Of a DNA stretch of 64,000 nucleotides, positions 1 through 10,699 are shown one piece after another. Below the pieces are notes generated by a model that worked only from the letters and a program-made list of their open reading frames with translations, was not told where the DNA came from and ran no database searches. Each line of letters opens with the position of its first letter. Position 1 is the stretch's first letter. The position numbers were made by a program, and so were the translations under genes. Source of the DNA: Hypanus sabinus (Eukaryota); assembly GCF_030144855.1 (NCBI RefSeq), contig NC_082713.1, positions 56,978,001 through 57,042,000 of the forward strand, read 5' to 3'.

Positions 1-300
1 GCAATCTGACTTCCTCAACATGAACACCGTCCGAGAAATATCAAGGTTAAATATAGTGTCTGTGCGAGACTGTAAACGAACCGGGGGACGATTCAACACA
101 AAGCGGCCCGGAGTGAGAGTGGAATCCGTTCCGCCAGATTTTTACCTGCATTTCCCGAACGTCCCCTATGTTGACATGGCCGACAATGCGCCTGCGCGTC
201 TTCACGCACGACATCGCCCTCACCAGGTACACTGCCCCCTGCCCCGGCTGACAAACACCCGCACCCATTGCTCATTCCCGCTCTTCACCAAACTGCAGCA
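1..300. promoter_or_regulatory. CpG-rich promoter-like patch (NRF1-like and YY1-like motifs)
   Basis: Locally high CpG density; TGCGCCTGCGC at 187-197 (NRF1-like), ACATGGC near 174-180 (YY1-like), ACTTCC near 9-14 (ETS-like). No recognisable protein in any frame. Confidence 0.35.
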
Positions 301-427
301 TTTCCTGATGATATTTCAAATTTTCCACATCTGCAGTTTCATACCTTTCTATACTGTATGGGAAATTAGTCAAATATTTAAACCCAAATGCGATGCAAGG
401 CCATCTGTTCTGATATAAAATTATTAC

Positions 428-590
428 AACATAAGAAGTGTGTGCAGGGGTGAGCCATTCAGCCCCTCAAGTCTACTTCACCATACATCAACATGGCCAC
501 TCACTTCCTCCAGGGCAGGAAAATGTGTGGAATCTATCTCTGCTTTAAATGAACTGAGCAAAAGAGCTTTATGGGATACAAAATTTCAGA
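428..590 (-). mobile_element. Degenerate CR1 LINE 3' end
   Basis: Resembles reverse-complemented CR1 3' tails elsewhere in the window (ACATAAGAAG...GCCATTCAGCCCCTCAAG...ATCTATCTCTGCTTTAAAT). Confidence 0.55.
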
Positions 591-826
591 GAAAGAAGTC
601 TAAGAGTCCGCGCACAAAAGCCCCAATAAAATCAAGCACTTATTCCCAAATCTCGGGTTAAACTATAATTTTCTGCGCCAAGACCTCAAAGTATTCTCTC
701 CCTGTTACCCTGGGCCGCTGAGCCAAAAACCTGTCCCTTTGTACCTGAGACAGGAAAAAAAAAACTCAAGAGGCCCTTACAATCTACTTCCACACTGTCG
801 TTTTGCTCTTGTTCATCCTGCAGGTG

Positions 827-1081
827 TTATAGGCTGTAACGATACATTTTCGGTGTTTCTTTCTCCACTAAGCTTGCTTCAGTAATTGCCACGAGCATTG
901 GAAATTGTTTGGTTGCAGCACGCACTACAAGAGACTTGAGACAAGGAAGAAAACAGCACAGCACAAGCGCACAGCTCAACAATACAATACTGACAGTTAT
1001 TGCTATTTTATTCAGCCATGCTCCCCATCCTCCGAGTCTACTTTCTAACCAGTCAAAGAACTGATGTCCGGACCCTGCATT
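827..1081 (-). pseudogene. env: ERV env remnant: membrane-proximal region, TM helix and cytoplasmic tail
   Basis: FFDWLESRLGGWGAWLNKIAITVSIVLLSCALVLCCFLPCLKSLV: Trp-rich segment, hydrophobic helix and CCxxPC motif typical of fish ERV1 TM; stop at 827-829. Confidence 0.85.
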
Positions 1082-4000
1082 CTGTGCGCATACCTCGCAC
1101 TGTGACAAGACAAAGTCCACTGAAGCATGTAAATAAGGTGACCAAAAACCATCCTTCCTTATTTTCTTTATCACTTCCCCCCTTGCACAATGGTCAATCC
1201 CATGCGCTTCTGAAATCAGAATCGTCAGTAGAGGGGTGGGCGCTACCAACAAACCGTCTTCCATGCTCCATAAGCCTTCCAGGTTCTGCTTGGCCCCCCT
1301 TCGTCTCCACATTGTCTGTTCTGCCAAAGTTGCCTTACCTTGTATTTCAATTAGGTCCTCTACCTCAGGTTCTGGAGTTAGGCTTGCCTGGGGGGCAATG
1401 ACAGCTGACGTACACCCAGACGCTTTTCTGGCTGCCTCGTCCGAAGCTTGATTTCTCTTTGTTATTACATCATTTCCCTTTTTATATGCCTGACATTTTA
1501 CTATAGCCAATGCTTTAGGTTTCAATATGGCTTTTATTAAGTCTAGAATTTGCTGACAATGTTGTATGGGATCTCCATTACTTTTTTAAAAACCTCTCTG
1601 CTTCCACATTGCGAACAAATTGCATACTCCATGAGCATATGCCGAATCAGTATAGATGTCTACTTTCTCCCCTTCCATCATTTCACATGCAGCTGTCAGG
1701 GCTTTGATTTCTGCTAGTTGGGCAGAACACAGTTGGGGACAGGACTCCATCCTAATAATCTTATAGCTCGACTGATCCTGCTGCACTACTGAGAACCCTG
1801 CATGATTTCCATCATAATCCCTGTAACAAGAGCCATCTACGAACAGAACCTTTTTATCTGCATCCTCTAGTGGTTCTGACCGTAAATCTGCTCTCAATTT
1901 GGCAAATGTCATCGTCTTCCCTACACAATCATGGGGTTCTCCTTCATAGCCCAAAGGGACAAAATCGGCTATATTACTGGTAGTGCATCTCTGTATAGTT
2001 ATGTCAGGAAATGTCACTAGCATCTGATACACTGCTATCCTCGCTGGCGTCAGCACAAATTTCCCTCTTTCCAGCAATTCTGCTACTTTGTGGTGTGTGT
2101 ACAGAGTCACAGGATAGCCCAGGGTTACAGATGATGCCTTTTCATATGCAGAGTACAGCGCCGCCAATCCCTGATAAAAGGGTGGATACCCCTAAGCCAC
2201 CTCATCTAGTCTCTTACTGTAGTATGCTATCGGCTGCTTTGCTTTTCCTGTGCCTGTCTCTTGTGTTAGAACCGCTGTGACATAACCCTCCTGTCAGTTG
2301 GATACATACAAATGAAAAACCTTCTCGTAGTCAGGCAAAGCTAATGCTGGTGCTGACTGCAATTCCTGCTTAATAGTATTGAAAGTTATCTCCGCCTCTC
2401 CATTCCACTGTAAGCTGTTCTTCAAATTTGTATGTCCTGCTTCTTTCATTATCTTTCTCAAAGGTGCCACAATCTCAGCATATTCTCCTATCCAATCTGA
2501 GCTGTACCCTGCCATTCCCAAAAACGTCATCATCTGCCCTACAGTCTGGGGTTTTGGGGCCTTACTTATTGCCTCAATCTGATCTGGTGCTATCACCTTC
2601 ACTCCCTTGGATATTACCCTGCCTAAGTATTCCACTTGCTGCGTGCAAAATTGCAGTTTCTTTTTGGATACTTTATGTCCTCCATGCGCCAGCTTCTCTA
2701 ACAGAGTTATAGTGTCCTGATCACACTGTTCCTTGCTGTGGGAGCAAATCAGTAGGTCATCCACATACTGTAACAATGTACTTTCCAATGGTATGCCCTC
2801 TAAGTCTGCCTTCAACACCTGATTAAAAACGTGTGGTGAATGTTTAAACCCTTGCGGCATTCTGGTATAGGTATACTGAGCATCTCTGTAAGTAAATGCA
2901 AACAGATACTGACACTGGTCGGCTAGAGGAATGCTGAAGAAAGCCGAACACAGATCATTCACTGAAAAGTAACTTGCGTCTGGTGGAACAATAGTCAAAA
3001 GCGTGTGTGGGTTGGGGACTACCGCTGGCCAGTCCTCTACCACATCATTTATCGCTCGCAAATCATGCACCAATCTCCACTTGGATTTATCTGCTTTTAA
3101 GATCGGCAGCAACGGTGTATTGCATGGACAGTTTGTTCTTTTAAGCACTCCTATTTCAAGCAAGCCCTGTACTGTCGATGCTATTCCCTCTTCTGCTTCT
3201 GGTCTTAGAGGGTATTGTGGTCTCCTGGGTGGAATTGCTCCCCTTTTCAGCCTTATTTCCACCAGACTAGCTGTTTTTATTTTCCCTCCGTCCGTGTCAT
3301 GCTGTGACCACAGAATAGATGGCTACTCATCTAACCTTCTATCTTTCTGCTGGCTTCTTTCCTTTCCCAGCAATGGCATGTGTGTTTGGGGAGTTATTTC
3401 GACCTCTCTCACTGTCCCTACCATATCTACACTTACCACTATTTTAATGCAATTGTTGTCTTCCGATATCCACACCTCTGGCGTGATTTTCCTCCACACT
3501 GTTACAGTTTCAGCACTCTTAACTAAGGGTCCTAAGTCTTTGGACTGATATCCCTTATTTACCAACAATGTTACGTGGGGAACAGCCTGTATCCTGTACC
3601 ATTTTTCTAAAAAGGTGTTCCACTTAACTTGTAAAGCTGCCCCTTGCTTTCCAATTATCACAGCCTCCCCTTCTAGGTGCTGTTGGGTACATGCCTCCAG
3701 GTGCCATCTCTCCTCTAACTCCCTGTTCTGAGTCTCGTCAAAAATCCCTGTACAATGTAGCTCAGATTTGGGCATTACAGCCCTGGGTAATAAAGCCTGC
3801 ACGCCCTTTTTCCATTTTTCCCAGGTTTCCTGAATCTGATCTGCGATGTCTCCTATCCAAAAGACATTAGCCTTCTTGTCTTCTCGCACTATCAATTGAG
3901 CCCCTGCTCTTTCCACACTCAGCCCATTTCTGGTGCATTCTAATTTTAATTCCAGTTTCAATAAGGCATCTCTGCCTAACAAATTAATCGGAGTTCCTTT

Positions 4001-4287
4001 AAATACTAGCACCGGCAAAACAATTACTTTATTTCCCATTCTCAACCGCACTGGAGCTGTGCACTGTGTCAACTGTGTTTTCCCCGAGAACCCTACCGTC
4101 TTAATAAACTTTCCTGACAAGGGAAGGTGAAGGGCATACTGTGGCTGTACACAAGTGTACGTGGCTCCAGTATCCATCATCATTGGTGTCAGTTGCCCTT
4201 CTAACATAACCTGAACAATGGGTTCCTCGTCTGCCTCCCTTGTTATCATTGGGTAATATCCCTTCCCACTCGAGTTCTCGGGGCACC
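1082..4287 (-). pseudogene. pol: ERV pro-pol (protease, 2H-phosphoesterase-like domain, RT, RNase H, integrase N-terminal zinc finger), disrupted
   Basis: ORF pieces 3323-4249 (MMMDTGATYT, NLLGRD, HCT, HVT), 2294-3262 (NTPLLP, DLRAIN, DLCSAFF, MPQGF, QYVDDLL), 1586-2167 (FVDGS, SAQLAEI, YTDSAY), 1082-1525 (HGIDH...CEVC). Confidence 0.95.
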
Positions 4288-6655
4288 CTAATACCTCGCA
4301 TAGGGATTCACAGGTCCACTTGGGCCTGTGGGGGCTGGTTCTTGGCTAAACTTTAGTTCCCTTCTTATCGGTTCCTGCTGGTGTGTGACAGGCCATGGTG
4401 TAAACGGACAATCTCTTCTCATGTGACCTGGCTGATTACATCCCCAGCACAATCTCTCTACCTCTCTTTCCCCCCATTTCCTCACTGGTCCCCTCTGCCC
4501 ATAGCTCCTCTGTCCCCCTCCTTGGGACTTCCAGTCCTGTCTGGGCTGTTTGAATTTAGTCTGTTCCTGATAGGGCATTTGTGAGAATGCTCCTCCAAAG
4601 ACTTTGATTATTGGCATGGGGTTTTCCGGCCCTTGTCTTACAGTATGATCAGTTCCTCCATATAGTGGTGCTTCATCCAGTTTGATGGCTGTACTTGGAC
4701 CGGTGGTTGCTGGCAGCATCTTTTTGCTTTTCCCTTTTTCCTTCTTTTTGAGTTCTTCGAGCTGCATTTGTATTAACTTTCTTTTGCACCTCTTCCTGCC
4801 AACCTCAGCCAACCTTCATTTGTCTTTCCGGTACTTCTCAACCGCATGGACTACGTGGTCTCTAAATTCTTGTGGGGTCATTGACATCAGCCCAACCACT
4901 TCCTCCAGTTTGGATTTTACTTGCGGAGGCATTGCATCAAAAATGCTATGTCGGAACAGTGTGGTGATAAATAAGCTATTTTCCACCTCTTGCTCAGTCT
5001 CCAGTCTCCACCTTTTCAACTGGTTTTCTACGTAGGTTGCTGGGTTTTCAGTGTCTCCCAGTGGATCCCCCTTTAAGGCTTTGGGGTCCACTTTGGGTGG
5101 ATAAAGCTTCCTGGGGGCCTACCATACCCTCTGCCTCACTCTGTCAAACCCGTCTCCATCAGTTCTCTGGTCGTTCGAGTTTACTATGCCAGCCATTTCC
5201 ATTAGTTCATTAAATTTGGAGGTTCCCATCAACCTTATCAATAGTGCCTTCAAATCTCCCATAGCCAATAATCGTCCCACTGTTTCTTCTTCAAAGGCTC
5301 TAATCCATTTCCCTGCTCCTTCATGTAGATTGGGCGAAGTGTTTTTCAGCCCTTCTAGGTCCTGGGATCCCCAGGGGATGTACTGCACTTGTCCTCATCC
5401 TTTAACTAACAATGGCATCATTCTTCCTCCTTCTTCCCACCTGCCCTGGCTCTCCTCCTCACCTGACTCCCCATCTGTCTCAGGGTATGTCTTTACTGCC
5501 TCCCACACAAATTTTTCCGGGGGTCCTCTTCTTCCCTCGGTCTCCTTGTGGAGTCCTTCCTTTCTGTCCTGATTCAATACTTGGTTGGCCTCTGGAGTAT
5601 TTTTCGCATCTCCTCTGGCAATCCCCTCTCAGTAACTTATCTAGCTCTCTCTCTACTTCCGTACGTCGCTTCCCTACCGCCTCCTTCTGCTCTTCTAGGC
5701 TTCTGCCTCCTACCTCTTCCCCAAAAATTCTCGTATCCTCTCTCTCTCCACTTAACTCTTGCTCCTCCAATGAGTCACCTTCTCTTTCTTCCTGTCCGTG
5801 TCTGTACACCTGTGGCAGGGACTCCTCATGATCCTTACTCGTGCTTGATTCCCTTCTCTCTTGTGTTTCTCCAAGACTCTCATCTCCTATCTTTTTTCCA
5901 CTTCCCCTTGAATGCCTCATCTCTTCCTGCCCTGATGAGCCCCTTTCTTTTCTAGTCTGTTTATTTCTATGGTATAACCGATAATCCTCATACTCCTTTT
6001 CCTCTCCCAAGTACTTCATCCGTTCAATCTCTTCTTTTTCATTTCTCTCTTTGCATGTTCCACCTTTATCCTTTCTGCCTGTATCTCCTTCCATATCACC
6101 ACTTTTTCCTTCTCGTATTGTTTTTTTTCCTTCTTGTATTGTTTTTTTCCTCCTCATTATCCCAAACTTGTACTTCTCCCTGCATGTTTACTGTTCCTGT
6201 CAGCAAGGGGCAATGCTTAAGGGTTCCTTCCTCATTATAGGGAGGGGGCTTTTCTGTTTCTGTCGCATCCGGGTACGGAGCTGAAGCCAGCTTCTCACCA
6301 TACCTTCCTCTCTCTCTAACAGGCTGTTTCTCCAGCACCTTAGTGTCTTCCTCGCTTGTAATCAATATTCTCCCTGTCCTCCTCAGCCTTTCTCCCTCTG
6401 TTCTGAAGAGTTTTAGCACTTCCATTTCTCGTTCTCTTTTTTGCCCTCTTTTCTTAGATTTATCTTTTGGTTTGTAATTTTTAATTAGTGCCTCCATTTC
6501 TTCGCACAAGCTTACATCAAACGTTCCTTCTCTTGGCCATTTTGTGACCAGGTTTTTGGTTCTCTTTTCCCATTTTTCTGAAGTTTTTGTGATCTCATAT
6601 TTATTTACCAGGATTTTTTGCTCAGAATCTCTACTGCCGTTCCTTTACCTGTCAT
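4288..6655 (-). pseudogene. gag: ERV gag, frameshifted and with stops
   Basis: Probable ATG at 6655; KWPREGTF matrix-like motif, KPPPY late domain, capsid-like YIPWGSQDL/GAGKWIRAFEE, CWGCNQPGHMRRDC zinc knuckle, TAG at 4288-4290. Confidence 0.9.
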
Positions 6656-7298
6656 GTTGTTCTCTCTTTTTAAGGTATTCCAGAGATTCACAGTTCGTTT
6701 ACTGGATAATTTTATTTACTCTAATTCTATGCCTAGTCTATCGTCTATCTACCAGCGTTTTAAACTATATATTGGACTGTCCTTGTTTCCTATTCTGTTC
6801 TGCCCGTACAGACCTCTATTCAGAGCTGTATCCACAGAACTTGCTCTTTGCACCTTGTCTATTCAGACCTATATCTCTTAAGGTGGTTTCCACGAGGATT
6901 TTCTCTATTTTCCCTTTCCCTGCCCATTCAGACCTTCGTTTTATATGAAGCGGTATCCATAGAGATTTACCAACACCACGTGGAATTTTTCTTAACTTAA
7001 CTTCTTATTAACTTATTTGTACTTACCCTCACTGCAGTGTTTTTGATCAATCCTCTGAGCCTCCTGTTAACCCCCAATTCTGCTAGATTCTTTGGACTGG
7101 AGAGACCCTTTGCAGTGGTTCCACACTTCTGAGACTCCAAGACCTCCCCAAAACCAACAGAATTCTTAGTCCAAATTGTCGCAAAAAGCGCTTACCTTTT
7201 GTTTGGGTGCGCCCTTTATTCTGTTAGCCTTGTGGGGGTCCCTAGAGGACTAGGAAGCGTCCCCAATCTGCCGTTTCCTTTCCGCGGGTCCCTTTCCG

Positions 7299-7316
7299 GT
7301 CCTGCTGCGGTCGCCA
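7299..7316 (-). promoter_or_regulatory. ERV primer-binding site (tRNA-Ser-like)
   Basis: TGGCGACCGCAGCAGGAC starts after a 4-nt spacer following the LTR end ...CCACGACA. TGG complements the tRNA CCA; the TGGCG...GCAGGA pattern resembles tRNA-Ser 3' ends (tRNA identity is inference). Confidence 0.75.
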
Positions 7317-7320
7317 ATTT

Positions 7321-7470
7321 TGTCGTGGTTTCTCGTGCCCCGCGGGTGACCAGGAGGCTCGGGGGATTCTTCAGGAAGTATTGAACTTTAATTTGCAAAT
7401 CAAAGTTTAACCCTTCTTGAAGAATCTTCTGCATCTCCTGGTCGTTTGTGGGGCAGGAGAAACCACGACA
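7321..7470. repeat. 150-bp imperfect palindrome of LTR R/U5-like sequence occupying the 5' LTR position
   Basis: TGTCGTGGTTTCTC...GAGAAACCACGACA; 58 of 75 positions match the reverse complement without gaps; centre ATTTGCAAAT at 7391-7400. Confidence 0.9.
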
Positions 7471-9505
7471 ATAGCACCGCTTGGCCTCTGAGTTTCTCCG
7501 CATGCCATTTAGCCTGAAGAATGCAGCACAAACTTTCCAACAGCTGATCGACTCTGTACTAAAAGACTTAGATTTTCTTTTCGTTTACCTGGATGATATA
7601 CTTGTCACCAGTACCTCAAAATCCAAACACGTATCACATCCTAGCACACTTTTCAAGCGCTTAAGCCTTCACATCTTGCTTATTAATCCTGCTAAATGCA
7701 GTCTGGGTTGTCAACCATTGACTTTCTCAGTCCTCACATCTCTGCAGTAGTTGTAAACCCCTCCCATGGAAAGTCACTGCAATTATGGATTTCCCACCAT
7801 CCAGCACTACTACAAAAGTACAAGAGTTTTAAGGTATGGTAAATTTCTATCACCGCTTCATTCAGCCGCTGAACTTATTCTCTCCCTGTATAGTGTCCTT
7901 AAAGGCAATGTTCCTAATTGCGTGCCTGACTGAGAGTAGACATGACCAGAGTATTTCATGACACCAAGCGAGCTCGTTCCAACATGACCCTATACCTGCT
8001 CCCCAACACACCTAGAAGCCATTACTACTAACTCTTCCCAGGTTGACTATGCCAGCATGGCAGCCGGCCAAACTACTGACCCAGAGGTCCAGGCTTCCTG
8101 AACAGCAGTCACGGGCCCGTGGATGACTGACGTTAAGCTCAAGGAAGCTGGGGTCTCTCTCCTGAGCAAGGCCTCAGCCGGACGCCCTCAGCCCATAATG
8201 CCCGCAAGATGGAGGCAGACCGCTTTTAACTCCATTCACAGATCTTCGCATCCGGCTGGAAGGCCTTACAGAAACTGTTTGCACTAAAGTTTGCGTGGCA
8301 CGACCTTAGAAAAGACCTGTGTGATTGGAGTGCAGCCAAGTTGAGTGCCAGTGGGCAAAAATTAACTGTCACGTTCAGGTACCACGAGCACCTTATCAGA
8401 TCCCTGTGCAACCTGGATGGTCCTCTTCACCCCTCCTGTGGTTTCACGCATCTCCTTACCATTGTGGACCGTAGCACCGGCTGGCCAAAGGCCATTCCTC
8501 TAGCATTGACGATGGCCGCAGATGTGGCACAGACACATGTTCTGAGGTGTTCGGTTTGGCAACACATCTGATATTTCCTCTGACCGTGGTCCCCAATTCT
8601 TATCAGACCTCGGGGCTGCGATGGCCCACAACCTCGGCGTTAGGCTACATCACACCGTGGTGTATCACCCGCAGTCCAAGGCCTGTGTGAGTAGTTTCAC
8701 AGATCCGTAAAGGCTACTCTGATAAGTTTTGGCATGATCGTCTCCCGTGGGTCCTGCTGGGGCCCAGAACAGCTCTAAAAAAAGATCTGCATAGCTGAGA
8801 TGGTATGCAGGCAGTCATTACGCGCACCAGGTGATTTTGCTCCTGAAGCCACAGCCACCTGGTCAGCAGCATTCTGCCCTCTTCAGAAAATTCAATTCCT
8901 TTGCACCTCTTCCTACCTCCCATCATGGTGTCCTGTTGACCTACAGTCCACCTCGTTCACTTTCATCTGCAATTTCATCTACAATTTCATCAGCACAACA
9001 ACATCTCCATAAGCTCCCTTATGATGGCCCATTCTGCACTTCAGAAAGGAGACAAAAGCCTTTTATCATCGATAGGAGGAGTAAACCTGAATGTATTTTG
9101 GCCCACCAAAAGTTGGAGGGTCCCATTACCACGTCCCTGGTGTCACGTCATGATCAGGAGTGTGTCCACACACCTCCAGAGAGCCGGAGGCGCCTGCTGT
9201 TACTCTAGTCATGGAGCATGGGACCTGAGCTGGGCGGCTCGCCCAAGCTCCAGGGAGGCTCACATTGCCGGCTGTGCTGAATTCTGGGGGTTTCTGTGTA
9301 GAGTAATATAACAGACGCATAATTCACAACCACCCACATTCAGTTGGGGTTCACTTTAAGAGGCTGGTCTGACGTGATGATGTAACAACGTGAAGTTTTA
9401 ACCGCACTTTATGCTCTGTGTTTGGTTGATAATAAAGGGAGTTGATATGGTGTCTCTTAAACTTAAAACGCCTCTGCCATTTTATTTGCGAAAACCTACA
9501 CTGCT
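7471..9505 (+). mobile_element. Degenerate Ty3/Gypsy LTR retrotransposon (RT C-part, integrase, PPT, 3' LTR about 9297-9505)
   Basis: EFLRMPFSLKNAAQTFQQLIDSVLKDLDFLFVYLDDILV (RT); HLLTIVDRSTGWPKAIPL and SDRGPQF (IN); G-rich tract at 9286-9290, then TGTAG..., AATAAA near 9431. Confidence 0.85.
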
Positions 9506-9604
9506 ATGTAAAACTATACAACCAAGAAATAGCAGGCAAAAGATTGAGCATTTGAAATGGTTCTGTTCTTTGCAAAACAATGCCTACTTCAAGACTCCAA
9601 TTCA

Positions 9605-9695
9605 GGCATAACCCTGGTAAATCTCTTCCGCAACCTTTCTAAAGCTTCCACTTCCTTCCAAATATGAGGCGACCAGAACTGAACACAATATTACC
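9605..9695 (-). mobile_element. CR1 LINE fragment
   Basis: GGTAAATCTCTTCCGCAACCTTTC...GAGGCGACCAGAACTGAACACAATATT matches the CR1 copies at 53272-54472 and 58930-60800. Confidence 0.75.
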
Positions 9696-10267
9696 TTTCA
9701 TCTAGACTAGGGGCTGTGATACCAATCTACACTCTGATTCAGGAAGGAGCTGTTTGGACACTGGGAAGAGGCAGTTGGGGGAGGGGCACAGGAGGTCACT
9801 TCTAAAGAAACAATGACTAAATTCTGCAAATTGCCGACTACAAGGAATGATAGACATAAATTGATACATTTGAGTGCAGAAATGGACGAAGAAGGAGTTT
9901 ATTATGGGTTATGCTGATAATTAGATAAGAAAGCTCCAATTCTTACATATGACTGTTAGGTTGAATACGTTGGCACTTCAGCAAAGCTGTGAGTAAAATG
10001 CCATGTTATTCTAGAATTAAAACAAGCGACTGTAAAATGCACATTGGCTATTCGCTGTAAGAACGTCAGCAATTGGTGGACACATTGTTTTTTTTTTACT
10101 TATTTGCATGTTTGCTTTTGCAATATATACAGTGTAGATCAATCTAATGAAAAGTCCCATAAAGTTATTTTTAATTATGAATATCTGTGTCACAAATGAA
10201 AATGCAACTATACGGTCAAAAAATTTCAGTCTATCTTTTATGTTGTAAACGGAAATGGGAGTATAAA

Positions 10268-10379
10268 GCAAACACGAGGAAATGTGTAGATGCTGGAAAT
10301 TCAAGCAACACACACAAAATGCTGGTGGTACGCAGCAGGCCAGGCAACATCTTTAGGGAGAAGCACTGTCGACAGAGTC
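10268..10379 (-). mobile_element. Short Penelope-like 3' end insertion with 13-bp TSD
   Basis: Same tail as the element at 25324; ATGGGAGTATAAA duplicated at 10255-10267 and 10380-10392. Confidence 0.85.
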
Positions 10380-10699
10380 ATGGGAGTATAAATCTTGGCT
10401 TTAACAAAATTAGATGTACTTATCTGTCCTATGGTTCTCTCGCGATTGAGTTGCCACCGTGATACTTCCTATGCTTGAACATTAGCAAAGAAGCACCTTC
10501 TCCGCTGCCTTTGCATGTGTGACTTTTCCATTGATCCTGAGCTTCTCCGCTTGTTTTCGTTCAATCAGCTCTTCCCATTATTCCCATCAATCCTTCATTC
10601 TGCCCAGCCCTCACCTTCCTTGTCCCTTAAGCATACAATCGCTTATTCGTTAGCTTTGTTACATTGTTTTGTTTCCATCCTCTACAAAAGTATCAGAAA

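Larger units (their letters stand above)
600..7470 (-). mobile_element. Defective endogenous retrovirus (ERV1/epsilon-like class I), gag-pro-pol-delta(IN/env), no 3' LTR
   Basis: Ordered LTR end, PBS, gag (WPREGTF, PPPY, one CCHC knuckle), protease (DTGA, LLGRD), RT (YVDD), RNase H (DGS/AEI/TDS), IN HHCC, Env TM; multiple stops and frameshifts. Left boundary approximate. Confidence 0.95.

Noticed and set aside
20-418. ORFs in the first 420 bp as a protein-coding gene (ERCC6L/RPS4X expected near PIN4)
   Set aside because: No frame resembles those proteins or any family I recognise.
1000-6948. Plus-strand ORFs antisense to the ERV
   Set aside because: Low-complexity Leu/Ser/Phe translations expected from the purine-rich opposite strand; no motifs.
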